Of a stretch of 32,909 nt of DNA, positions 24,458-32,909 are shown piece after piece (the first letter of the stretch is position 1; each line of letters opens with the position of its first letter). A program made the translations under genes and the position numbers. A model generated the notes under the pieces. The model did no database searches, had not been told where the DNA came from, and worked only from the letters and a program-made list of their open reading frames with translations. This stretch comes from Flavobacteriaceae bacterium (lineage in GTDB: Bacteria > Bacteroidota > Bacteroidia > Flavobacteriales > Flavobacteriaceae). The stretch covers positions 2,185-35,093 of the forward strand of contig JAYPBW010000002.1 of the NCBI GenBank assembly GCA_038124405.1, in the 5' to 3' direction.

Positions 24458-25570
24458 TTAGTACTTTTCATAGGAGACAATCTCTAGTCCATACCCAGAC
24501 ATTCCAACACGCTTAATTTGTTCGCTATTTGACAACAGTTTGATGTTGTGTATGCCTACCGCATGTATCATTTGCGCACCTATGCCAAAATCTTTTTCAT
24601 CCATTTTACGAGGACTATTTTCTTTATTTTTCAGCACAGCCAATTGTTCTAATAGTTTTCTAGCAGGTTGGAGTTGATTTATAAAAATAACAGCTCCTTT
24701 ACCTTCATTTTGAATGCGTTTAAAAATTCTATCAAGTCCACTTGTAGTTCTTTGGTTTAAGATGCTAAGCAACTCACTATTAAGTTGTTGTGTATGAACA
24801 CGAGTTAAGACTGCTTCGTTTTCTTCCCAAATTCCTAAGGTTAAAGCAATGTGTATTTGATCGTTGGTGTTTTGATGAAAGGCACGAAGTCTAAAAGTTC
24901 CATATGATGTTTGAACCTCAAAATCTTCCTTTACTTCAATCAAGCTGTCATGCTTCATTCTATAGCTAACTAGATCTTCAATGGAGACCAATTTAAGATC
25001 AAAAGTATCGGCAACTTTTCGTAGTTGCGGTAGACGCGCCATGGTACCGTCTTCGTTCATAATTTCAACAATTACGCCAGCAGCTTGAAACCCTGCAAGT
25101 CGAGCAAAATCAATAGCTGCTTCTGTGTGTCCTGTTCTTCGCAATACACCTCCTTCTTTGGCGGCCAATGGAAAAATATGTCCCGGACGTAAAAAATCAC
25201 TTGCACTCGCATCATTACTTATGAGCTTTCTGACTGTTTTTGCCCTGTCGGCAACAGAAATTCCCGATGTAACGCCATTTCCCTTTAAATCAATAGAAAC
25301 CGTAAAAGCGGTCCCCATCGGATCGGTGTTGTTGCTAGCCATGGGATATAAATCAAGAGTTCTACAACGTTTTTCAGTAATGGGTGTGCAAATCAATCCG
25401 CGGCCTTCTTTTGCCATAAAGTTGATCATTTCGGGCGTTACCATTTCTGCAGCACCTATAAAATCGCCTTCATTTTCACGGTTTTCGTCATCAACTACTA
25501 TAATTACTTTTCCGTTTCTAATATCTTCTATGGCAGACTCTATACTATCGAGACGAATGTTTTCTTTCAT
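24458..25570 (-). CDS. ribB: 3,4-dihydroxy-2-butanone-4-phosphate synthase fused to a degenerate GTP cyclohydrolase II-like domain
   Basis: RibB motifs DDENRENEGDFI, RPGHIFPL and RRTGHTEAA. The C-terminal domain aligns with RibA (YGIGAQ-like DFGIGAQMI, GYGLEI) but lacks the zinc cysteines and the EGRGIG block. Confidence 0.88.
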   Translation of the reverse strand: MKENIRLDSIESAIEDIRNGKVIIVVDDENRENEGDFIGAAEMVTPEMINFMAKEGRGLICTPITEKRCRTLDLYPMASNNTDPMGTAFTVSIDLKGNGVTSGISVADRAKTVRKLISNDASASDFLRPGHIFPLAAKEGGVLRRTGHTEAAIDFARLAGFQAAGVIVEIMNEDGTMARLPQLRKVADTFDLKLVSIEDLVSYRMKHDSLIEVKEDFEVQTSYGTFRLRAFHQNTNDQIHIALTLGIWEENEAVLTRVHTQQLNSELLSILNQRTTSGLDRIFKRIQNEGKGAVIFINQLQPARKLLEQLAVLKNKENSPRKMDEKDFGIGAQMIHAVGIHNIKLLSNSEQIKRVGMSGYGLEIVSYEKY

Positions 25571-27009
25571 TTTTTCAATTTTTTTGAGAGCTCGAAAAAA
25601 GGTTGTTTCAAATTCATTTTTAATCGTTCAATATCAAAAACAGACTTGTCTTTACTGGCTCTTAATGTTGCAATTAACCCTACAATTGTTAGTACAATTG
25701 AGATTAACCATGAGCCCCAAAAAGGGTGCAGACTACCATCTTCAGCACTATTTTTAAACAATGTTCCTGCAAAATGATAGGTCAAAAATATGGTTAATGC
25801 TACAACTATTGGCAAACCAAAGCCACCTTTTCTAATAATGGCACCTAGCGGAGCACCAACAAAAAACAATAAAACAGCAGCGTAGGCATTTACAAATTTA
25901 TCATCCCGCCATAATCGATGAAGATTGATGACCTTTTCGCGAATAAAAAACAATCTTTTTTGATTGTTAAAATTACTGAGTTGCATCTCTATATTATTTT
26001 TTGCACTCTGCAAAATTTGAATTTTTTGATTTGCTTTGAATTGAGCTAAGTGTGCTGTATCACCTAAATAGGAAGTAATTTCTTTTATTTCTTTATTACG
26101 GTCAACTGATTTAATCCCTGTTCGTAAATAAACGGTTTTGGCAAACCCTTCAATTTCTGAAACATATCCTTCCGTTAACGAGTCAATACTTTTGCCTAAT
26201 TCACCTACATTTTGCATTTTGAAGGTGTTCGTATAATTCGTTTCGTTTAAATCAACATCATTAAATGTGCGTAAATCTATGTTCATTGTGTATTGCTTGA
26301 ATGCAATACGACTATGTGGGTTGTTTTTTTTACGTTTGTTTTTTTGCACGATTTCCTCATATCTGTATCCATCGTACAATACAAGTTGCAAGCCTTCTTT
26401 TAGTTCTTCACTTTTTAATTCTCCTCGTTGTGCTTTTATCACAATATTGTTAACCTGATTGGGTGTTTTTTCGTGAATGATAACATCCTCTAAAAGTCTG
26501 TTGTTTTCACCATATTTCCTTCCCACTTTGATGTTGCTTTCCCCAATGTCGTTAAACATTCCCTCGGTTATTGCTAATGCGGGTCGCATTTTAGACAAGT
26601 TTTTCCTTAGGTTATATGTTTTGAATTCTGCTAGTGGAATAACGGTATTCGCCACATAAAAAGTTGCTAAGCATGCAATGCTGTTAACAATAATCAATGG
26701 TCGCATGGCACGCAATAGCGATATGCCTGCTGATTTCATAGCGGCAAACTCATAACGCTCTGCAAAATTTCCAAATGTAATGATGGAAGCAAGTAATATT
26801 GTAAGTGGCAATACTAGCGGAACAAGTTTAGGCGAGTAATACAGTAAAAACTTTAATAATACACTTACATCTAATCCTTTACCGGCAAATTCGTCAATAA
26901 AAACCCACACGGTTTGTATGATGAATATGAACATTAGAATAAAAAAGAAACTCACTAGTGTAGTGAGATAACTTTTTAATATATATCTATCTAATAACGG
27001 TAGTTTCAT
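25567..27009 (-). CDS. LptF/LptG-family lipopolysaccharide export permease
   Basis: N-terminal LLDRYILKSYL..., three N-terminal transmembrane helices, a large periplasmic domain and three C-terminal transmembrane helices, typical of the YjgP/YjgQ family. It overlaps ribB by 4 nt. Confidence 0.8.
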   Translation of the reverse strand: MKLPLLDRYILKSYLTTLVSFFFILMFIFIIQTVWVFIDEFAGKGLDVSVLLKFLLYYSPKLVPLVLPLTILLASIITFGNFAERYEFAAMKSAGISLLRAMRPLIIVNSIACLATFYVANTVIPLAEFKTYNLRKNLSKMRPALAITEGMFNDIGESNIKVGRKYGENNRLLEDVIIHEKTPNQVNNIVIKAQRGELKSEELKEGLQLVLYDGYRYEEIVQKNKRKKNNPHSRIAFKQYTMNIDLRTFNDVDLNETNYTNTFKMQNVGELGKSIDSLTEGYVSEIEGFAKTVYLRTGIKSVDRNKEIKEITSYLGDTAHLAQFKANQKIQILQSAKNNIEMQLSNFNNQKRLFFIREKVINLHRLWRDDKFVNAYAAVLLFFVGAPLGAIIRKGGFGLPIVVALTIFLTYHFAGTLFKNSAEDGSLHPFWGSWLISIVLTIVGLIATLRASKDKSVFDIERLKMNLKQPFFELSKKLKK

Positions 27010-27647
27010 TAAAATCTATCAATGTAATAATTTGGATAGTTTTTTTCTTCAAACACAAAGGTATTATCGGCTAATGCCTTATTTGTATTGAAAGAGCGAA
27101 CAGTAAGTGTGGTTTCAGTACCATTTTCACCTACTTCAATGAGCTTATAGATATGTTTCGTTTTTATGTCAACACCAAGTAGCAGATAAGCTGCTTGTGC
27201 GTAGGTGTCTATAGGAGTTAATTTCAAAAACTGAATGGTTTTACCTCCATATAGAGGCTGCGTGATGTCCCATGCAAAGCGATAACCTTCTTTATAGAAT
27301 GAAAATAATTTAGATGGATTTAAACTTCCTCCAAGTTCTGTGTCTACGGGCTCAATCAACACCTCTTCATTTTCATTGTTTATGGTGTACGTCAACTCTC
27401 CATCACTAAGTTGTTGAATACCCATAAGATTTAGGGCATATTTATTGTTTTCAACTATTAGGGTCCCACGTTCTTTTTGTTGAATGTATTCTTTTCTGTT
27501 TACTAGCTCGTAAGTAAAATCAATAGATATGTTGTTGTACTTAGAAAGTGTTTCCGAAACTTCATTCAAAAGGGTTTCTGCGCGTTGGTCTTGAGCAACA
27601 GCAAATGATAAAATAAGTAGGCTGATTTTTTGGGTGATAATTTTCAT
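27009..27647 (-). CDS. lolA: LolA-like outer-membrane lipoprotein carrier protein
   Basis: Signal peptide MKIITQKISLLILSFAVAQ from the internal ATG at 27647, and the conserved position after ftsK in Flavobacteriia. The longer ORF to 27719 has no signal peptide at its N-terminus. Confidence 0.72.
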   Translation of the reverse strand: MKIITQKISLLILSFAVAQDQRAETLLNEVSETLSKYNNISIDFTYELVNRKEYIQQKERGTLIVENNKYALNLMGIQQLSDGELTYTINNENEEVLIEPVDTELGGSLNPSKLFSFYKEGYRFAWDITQPLYGGKTIQFLKLTPIDTYAQAAYLLLGVDIKTKHIYKLIEVGENGTETTLTVRSFNTNKALADNTFVFEEKNYPNYYIDRF

Positions 27648-29895
27648 TTTCGTTATATAAAAATTCTTGCAATGAAATAACGTCTCGGAACATGACATCG
27701 CGAGCTTTACTTCCTTCAAATGGACCTACAATTCCTGCCGCTTCAAGTTGATCAATGATACGTCCTGCACGATTGTACCCCAATTTAAGCTTACGTTGCA
27801 AAAGCGATGCCGAACCTTGTTGGGCATTTACAACCACTTCGGCAGCTTCTTTAAAAATAGGATCTCGGTCTGCAATATTATTTTCTTTTGTAGAGGTGTT
27901 TTCATCCGACACATACTCTGGAAGCATGTGTGCGTCGGGATAGGCACGTTGTGACCCAATAAAATCGGTTATTTTTTCTACTTCTGGTGTATCAACAAAA
28001 GCACATTGAAGTCTAATCAAATTATTTCCTTGCGTAAAGAGCATGTCTCCACGACCAATAAGTTGATCGGCGCCACCGCTATCCAAAATAGTTCTAGAAT
28101 CTACTTTTGAAGTAACACGGAAGGCAATTCGAGCTGGGAAGTTTGCTTTGATAAGCCCCGTAATTACATTTACCGATGGACGTTGCGTAGCAATAATCAA
28201 ATGAATTCCTACAGCACGTGCTAATTGCGCAAGTCTAGCAATTGGAGTTTCTACTTCCTTTCCAGTAGTCATAATAAGATCGGCAAACTCATCAATAACC
28301 AATACAATGTAGGGTAGAAATACATGTCCGTCATGCGGATTTAAGCGACGCTCTTTAAACTTAGCATTGTATTCTTTTATATTTCTGCACATAGCCGATT
28401 TAAGTAAATCGTATCGTTTATCCATTTCGATACATAACGAATTTAAGGTATTTATAACCTGTTTATTGTCTGTAATGATAGCATCATCTGTATCGGGTAG
28501 TTTGGCTAAATAATGCCGTTCAATCTTATTAAAAAGCGTCAATTCTACCTTTTTGGGGTCAACAAGGACAAACTTAATTTCGGCGGGATGCTTTTTGTAT
28601 AATAATGAAGTCAAAATCGCATTTAATCCCACAGATTTTCCTTGACCCGTAGCACCAGCCATGAGTAAGTGAGGCATTTTTGCTAAATCCACCACAAAGG
28701 TTTCGTTGCTAATGGTTTTACCTAGTGCAAGCGGTAGTTCCATTTCGGCTTCCTGAAATTTTTTAGCCAAAATCACAGAACGCATCGAAACAATAGTTGC
28801 CTTTTTATTAGGTACTTCAATACCCACCGTTCCTTTTCCAGGAATAGGGGCAATAATACGAATACCAAGTGCCGAAAGAGATAATGCGATGTCGTCTTCT
28901 AAATTTTTAATTTTAGAAATACGAACACCCGCAGCAGGAACAATTTCATAAAGCTTTACTGTAGGTCCAATGGTGGCTTTTATGTCTGCAATTCCAATAA
29001 TACGCTCTTTGTTTTCCTCTAACTCTTGTTCGTTAATTGTTATTCCTTCATGTGGATAGCTTTTAAGTAACGATTCGGTGGGGGAACGGAAGTTTTTGAG
29101 CTCAAGAGTCGGATCAACTTCACCAAAATCAGCAACCAATTTTTTGGCTTTTTTTACTATTTCGTCTTCTTCTGTTTCGTTTACCGAAAGTGCAATATCG
29201 TCTTTCGTCTTTTCCTTTTTTTGCTTTAGAGCGGAAACATTTGGAGGAATCGCAGGTTTTTTGATGGGCTCTTCAATTGCAGTATTATCAAAAGAAACTT
29301 GAGCTATTTGTTCTTCATCTTCTTCTGGTTCAGCTATTTGAATACTTCGTTTGGGCATACGAACGTGTTCGGGTTTCCATTTTAGCTGATATACTATAAA
29401 AGCAACTGCGACCAGTAGCAAGATGCTAGCAACTCCTAATGGACCAATGTAATGTATCAAAAGGGCGTTTGCCTCAAAGCCTGTAACGCCACTCAACAGT
29501 GGGTATTTAGGTAAAATAAGTGCAAGGGTAAGTGCAGTCCAAATTGATACTAGCAATGTCCAAATCCATCGGATTCCTAATTTGTGTGTTCCCGAATTGA
29601 GAAAATGACTCACTCCCGTAACGAATACCATAATTGAAATAAAGAAGGCACCTATCCCTACTCCTTGATATACGAATAGGTGGCTAAGCAATGCGCCTAA
29701 CTTCCGAATACTATTCTCAACGGGAATATCTCTATCGGTAAGGTTGGAGAGGGTGCTTTGATCGATTTTCCATGTTTGAAAAAATGAAATAAAAGCTGAA
29801 AACAACAATATGGAAGCCAAAACGCAAAATGCACCCCAAACAATTTGTTGTTGGCGGTTGAGTCCCTTGATACGGAATTTCGCTTTTTTTGTCAT
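27562..29895 (-). CDS. ftsK: DNA translocase FtsK/SpoIIIE
   Basis: N-terminal transmembrane helices, Walker A GATGQGKSVGLN, Walker B VLVIDEFADL, and a C-terminal gamma-domain-like LLQRKLKLGYNRAGRIIDQLEAAGIVGP. Confidence 0.93.
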   Translation of the reverse strand: MTKKAKFRIKGLNRQQQIVWGAFCVLASILLFSAFISFFQTWKIDQSTLSNLTDRDIPVENSIRKLGALLSHLFVYQGVGIGAFFISIMVFVTGVSHFLNSGTHKLGIRWIWTLLVSIWTALTLALILPKYPLLSGVTGFEANALLIHYIGPLGVASILLLVAVAFIVYQLKWKPEHVRMPKRSIQIAEPEEDEEQIAQVSFDNTAIEEPIKKPAIPPNVSALKQKKEKTKDDIALSVNETEEDEIVKKAKKLVADFGEVDPTLELKNFRSPTESLLKSYPHEGITINEQELEENKERIIGIADIKATIGPTVKLYEIVPAAGVRISKIKNLEDDIALSLSALGIRIIAPIPGKGTVGIEVPNKKATIVSMRSVILAKKFQEAEMELPLALGKTISNETFVVDLAKMPHLLMAGATGQGKSVGLNAILTSLLYKKHPAEIKFVLVDPKKVELTLFNKIERHYLAKLPDTDDAIITDNKQVINTLNSLCIEMDKRYDLLKSAMCRNIKEYNAKFKERRLNPHDGHVFLPYIVLVIDEFADLIMTTGKEVETPIARLAQLARAVGIHLIIATQRPSVNVITGLIKANFPARIAFRVTSKVDSRTILDSGGADQLIGRGDMLFTQGNNLIRLQCAFVDTPEVEKITDFIGSQRAYPDAHMLPEYVSDENTSTKENNIADRDPIFKEAAEVVVNAQQGSASLLQRKLKLGYNRAGRIIDQLEAAGIVGPFEGSKARDVMFRDVISLQEFLYNENENYHPKNQPTYFIICCCSRPTRRNPFE

Positions 29896-29905
29896 CGTTG
29901 AAATT

Positions 29906-29913
29906 CAAAAATA
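29906..29913 (-). promoter_or_regulatory. Candidate -7 promoter box (TATTTTTG) of the ftsK operon
   Basis: The minus strand reads TTGTATTTTTG-AATTTCAACG-ATG, an exact TAnnTTTG match 10 nt upstream of the ftsK ATG and immediately after the katG terminator. Confidence 0.45.
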
Positions 29914-29917
29914 CAAC

Positions 29918-29947
29918 AAAAAAACCCGATGACGTCATCGGGTTTTT
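29918..29947 (-). terminator. Rho-independent terminator of katG (palindromic, potentially bidirectional)
   Basis: Perfect 9-bp stem CCCGATGAC / GTCATCGGG (29925-29942) flanked by an A-run (29918-29924) and a T-run (29943-29947). Confidence 0.8.
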
Positions 29948-29978
29948 CTTGCGTATAGCATTTTGCTTTACAAGTAAA

Positions 29979-32102
29979 TTAATTCAAATCAAATCGATCT
30001 GCATTCATAACTTTATTCCAAGCGGCAATAAAATCTTGAATAAATTTATTGTTATTGTCGTCTTGGGCATATACTTCTGCAATTGCTCTTAGTTCAGAAT
30101 TTGAACCAAACACCAAATCTGTTCTAGAAGCAGTGCGAGCTTTTTCACCAGTACTCCTTTGGAGTCCAACATAGGAATTGTAACCTGTAGTTTGCCACTT
30201 TATGTCCATAGACAAGAGCGTTTTGAACCAAGAGTTATTAAGCTTCCCATCGGTCCAAACCCCATCGCCAGAACGAGAAACTCCCATAGCACGCAATCCA
30301 CCTACCAAAACAGTCATTTCAACAGGATTAAGTCCAAGTAGTTGTGCTTTATCTAGCATAATTTCTTCAGGCGGAACAGCAAACTCTTTTTCTGAATAGT
30401 TTCTAAAACCACAAGCCTTAGGCTTAAGTAATTCGAAAGAGTCTATATCTGTTTTATCTTGAGTGGTGTCACCACGACCAGTAGTTACAATTACTTTTGT
30501 TCCGCTAGCCATTTCAATACCAACTGCTCCTCCTATTACAATTATGTCAGCAATACTTGCGCCTGTTTCTTTAGCGATTTGTTCATAAACTTCTAAAACG
30601 CTTTTAAGTTGTGAAGGATTGTTAACTTCCCAGCTTACTTGCGGTTCCAAACGAATTCTAGCACCATTAGCTCCACCACGATTATCGGAACCCCTAAAAG
30701 TTGACGCAGAGGCCCATGCGGTTTCGACTATTTGTTGATGTGTCAGCCCACTTTTAGCTATTGCACTTCGCACCGCTTTTTCTTCATCTTCAGAAAGGAC
30801 TTTACCTGGCGCAACAGGGTCTTGCCAAATGTATTCTACGTCCTTAAAGTCTCCTGCAACATAATTGCTTTTTGGTCCCATATCTCTGTGAAGAAGTTTG
30901 AACCAAGCACGAGCGAATGCCTCACCGAATGCCTCAGGATTTTCTAAGAAACGTTCACAAATTTTACGGTATTCTGGATCAACCTTCATAGACATATCAG
31001 CCGTTGTCATCATGGGAAGTACTTTTTCATCACTTCCATCAACTTGTGGTACCATGTCTTCTTCAGTACAATTGATTGGGTGCCATTGCCATGCCCCTGC
31101 AGGACTTTTTTTACATTCCCATTCGTATTTGAACAGCAAGGTTAAGTACCCCATATCCCATTGTATTGGGTTTGTTGTCCAGGGACCTTCTATACCACTC
31201 GTTATGGTATCTACACCCTTTCCTGATTTATGTGAACTCAACCATCCAAACCCTTGTGCTTCAATTGCTTCTCCTTCAGGCTCAGCACCTACATGAGCTT
31301 CGTCTCCAGCTCCGTGCGCTTTTCCAAACGTGTGACCACCCGCAGTTAGGGCAACAGTTTCCTCGTCATTCATTGCCATGCGCTTAAAGGTTTCCCTAAC
31401 ATCTTGTGCAGAAAGTGCTGGATCAGGGTTTGCGTTAGGTCCTTGTGGATTTACATAAATAAGCCCCATTTGAACAGCCGCAAGAGGGTTTTCTAAATCC
31501 TGACGAGTTTTACCGTAGCGATTATCACCTAGCCACTCGTCTTCAGCACCCCAATAGATGTCTTTTTCAGGATGCCAAATATCTTCTCTCCCTAAAGCTG
31601 TACCATGATTTGGCCCTCCCATGTCTTCAATGGCTACATTACCTGCAAGAACAAGTAAATCTGCCCAACTTAGATGATTCCCATATTTTTCTTTAACAGG
31701 CCAAAGGAGTCTTCGCGCTTTGTCTAGGTTTCCATTATCGGGCCACGAGTTAAGTGGTGCAAACCGCTGTGCCCCTGTGGCAGCTCCGCCACGACCATCT
31801 CCGGTGCGGTAAGTCCCGGCAGCATGCCAAGTCATACGAATAAAAAATGGACCGTAATGTCCATAATCTGCAGGCCACCAGTCTTGGCTGTCGCGTAAAA
31901 CGATTTTGATGTCATTTTTTACAGCTTTTAGATCAAGATTTTTAACTTCTTTTTTATAGTCGAAGCCCGCTAAAGGATTGCTCTTAGCATCGTGTTGACG
32001 TAAAATATCAAGATTAAGTTGGTTGGGCCACCAATCTTTGTTTTGTGTTCCAAGATTAGGTTGTGTCGTTGAACCGTGGAAAGGGCATTTACTTTCGCTC
32101 AT
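29979..32102 (-). CDS. katG: Catalase-peroxidase (HPI)
   Basis: Distal-site [13 protein letters not shown], proximal-His block [12 protein letters not shown] and C-terminal ...[14 protein letters not shown]. The two-domain length of 707 aa fits. Confidence 0.95.
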   Translation of the reverse strand: MSESKCPFHGSTTQPNLGTQNKDWWPNQLNLDILRQHDAKSNPLAGFDYKKEVKNLDLKAVKNDIKIVLRDSQDWWPADYGHYGPFFIRMTWHAAGTYRTGDGRGGAATGAQRFAPLNSWPDNGNLDKARRLLWPVKEKYGNHLSWADLLVLAGNVAIEDMGGPNHGTALGREDIWHPEKDIYWGAEDEWLGDNRYGKTRQDLENPLAAVQMGLIYVNPQGPNANPDPALSAQDVRETFKRMAMNDEETVALTAGGHTFGKAHGAGDEAHVGAEPEGEAIEAQGFGWLSSHKSGKGVDTITSGIEGPWTTNPIQWDMGYLTLLFKYEWECKKSPAGAWQWHPINCTEEDMVPQVDGSDEKVLPMMTTADMSMKVDPEYRKICERFLENPEAFGEAFARAWFKLLHRDMGPKSNYVAGDFKDVEYIWQDPVAPGKVLSEDEEKAVRSAIAKSGLTHQQIVETAWASASTFRGSDNRGGANGARIRLEPQVSWEVNNPSQLKSVLEVYEQIAKETGASIADIIVIGGAVGIEMASGTKVIVTTGRGDTTQDKTDIDSFELLKPKACGFRNYSEKEFAVPPEEIMLDKAQLLGLNPVEMTVLVGGLRAMGVSRSGDGVWTDGKLNNSWFKTLLSMDIKWQTTGYNSYVGLQRSTGEKARTASRTDLVFGSNSELRAIAEVYAQDDNNNKFIQDFIAAWNKVMNADRFDLN

Positions 32103-32201
32103 AGTTGATGATTTTTTTTGAGTGTTAAATGTATAAAATAAGAAACGAAATTATTCCAAATTTGATTCATAAAATCTATAAACAAATAAACAGTATTGAT
32201 G

Positions 32202-32909
32202 CTACAATTTTAGTTGCTTGATTTTATATCCAATAGCAGCATACAACAGCGTTGTAAAGGGGCTCAGCCAATTGAAAATGGCAAACACAAAATACTCGGC
32301 TACCGAAACACCCAATACACCAGATTGATACGCACCACAGGTATTCCATGGTACTAAAACAGAAGTTACCGTACCCGAATCCTCGAGTGTGCGACTCAAA
32401 TTTTCGGGAGCTAGACCACGATCTTTGTATGCTTTTGCAAACATTTTCCCAGGAACTACTAAAGATAAATATTGGTCTGAGGCAGTAATGTTTATAGCTA
32501 AGCACGAAGCAACGGTACTGGCAAACAATTGGAAGGTGTTTTTTGCCCAACGCATCAATGCGCTGCTAATGGTTTGTAACGCACCGATGGCGTCCATTAT
32601 TCCACCAAATACCATGGCACAAATAATGAGCCATATCGTACCTAGCATTCCTGTCATACCACCCGATTGAAATAAATCGTTTAGCAATGGGTTTGAGGTT
32701 TCAATTGTTGTGGAAATGGTTATAGCATTCATAATAACCCTATAATTGCTAGACCATGACATACTATCTTCAGCACCCAACAATGCGATAAGCGGTTGCT
32801 GAAAAACTAGGGCAAATAAAGCCCCTAAAAGTGTTCCTGCTAACAAAGCAACTAGCGGCGGTGTTTTACGAGAAATCATTACAATTACCGCCACTGGGGC
32901 TACAAACAA
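32202..32909 (-). CDS. nhaC: Na+/H+ antiporter NhaC-family protein, 3' portion (N-terminus lies beyond the window)
   Basis: The ORF is open to the window edge. It is polytopic with the NhaC C-terminal pattern (DSGTVTSVLVPWNTCGAYQSGVLGV...). Confidence 0.75.
   Translation of the reverse strand: MFVAPVAVIVMISRKTPPLVALLAGTLLGALFALVFQQPLIALLGAEDSMSWSSNYRVIMNAITISTTIETSNPLLNDLFQSGGMTGMLGTIWLIICAMVFGGIMDAIGALQTISSALMRWAKNTFQLFASTVASCLAINITASDQYLSLVVPGKMFAKAYKDRGLAPENLSRTLEDSGTVTSVLVPWNTCGAYQSGVLGVSVAEYFVFAIFNWLSPFTTLLYAAIGYKIKQLKL

Noticed and set aside
25560-25640. FMN riboswitch expected upstream of a riboflavin gene.
   Set aside because: ribB overlaps the preceding lptF/G gene by 4 nt, so there is no leader region. 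No FMN-element core sequence is visible.
25125-25757. 210-aa plus-strand ORF, the longest unassigned ORF in the track.
   Set aside because: It is entirely antisense to two strongly supported genes (ribB and lptF/G). Its composition is low-complexity and Ser/Leu-rich, as is typical of shadow frames. It has no promoter box or motif.
27648-27719. 24-codon N-terminal extension of the LolA ORF.
   Set aside because: The signal peptide begins at the internal Met (27647). The extension lies inside the conserved FtsK C-terminal coding region.
32103-32201. Possible OxyR operator and promoter upstream of katG.
   Set aside because: I looked for the ATAG-N7-CTAT-type tetrad pattern and an exact TAnnTTTG box. 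I found only partial matches (ATAGATTTTATGAAT..., TACATTTA), which is not enough to call a site without a Bacteroidota OxyR motif model.
1-32909. Mobile elements, CRISPR arrays, prophage genes, toxin-antitoxin or defence-system genes.
   Set aside because: I saw no transposase, integrase or recombinase-like ORF, no array of regularly spaced direct repeats and no inverted terminal repeats. Apart from the short promoter-like TGTATTTTTG motif, no sequence recurs.

Overview
The window looks like a chromosomal segment from a Flavobacteriia/Bacteroidota genome. Support for that: AT-rich coding sequence, recurring TAnnTTTG -7 promoter boxes, many lipoprotein signal peptides, TonB-dependent receptors, and ftsK-lolA-lptFG-ribB synteny. 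From left to right it contains: (1) a vitamin B12-type uptake locus, with a btuFCD-like ABC importer on the minus strand divergent from a clear cobalamin riboswitch and a BtuB-like TonB-dependent receptor; (2) trxB, a DUF4442-like protein, and a cyclophilin-oxyR pair; (3) an acyltransferase, Cu/Zn superoxide dismutase, an SGNH hydrolase and a DUF3089 lipoprotein; (4) a tightly coupled nine-gene minus-strand sulfate assimilation operon (DUF2061, cysH of APS-reductase type, cysD, cysN, siroheme sulfite reductase with a C-terminal extension, cobA, sirC/Met8-like, TrxR-like ferredoxin-NADP reductase, [2Fe-2S] ferredoxin); (5) divergent from it, across a perfect 15-bp palindrome, an uncharacterised operon encoding a 4-Cys Rrf2 regulator, a Cys/His-rich small membrane or secreted protein, a TonB-dependent receptor and a secreted heavy-metal-associated (HMA) protein; (6) tRNA-Ser(UGA) and a TauE/SafE permease; (7) the ftsK-lolA-lptF/G-ribB housekeeping operon; (8) katG and the 3' part of an nhaC-type antiporter gene. 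I found no transposase, integrase, CRISPR array or long repeat. The best candidate for an undescribed system is the Rrf2/Cys-rich/TBDR/HMA module wired back to back with the sulfur assimilation operon. All calls rest on motif recognition by eye and hand-derived coordinates. No searches or computations were run.
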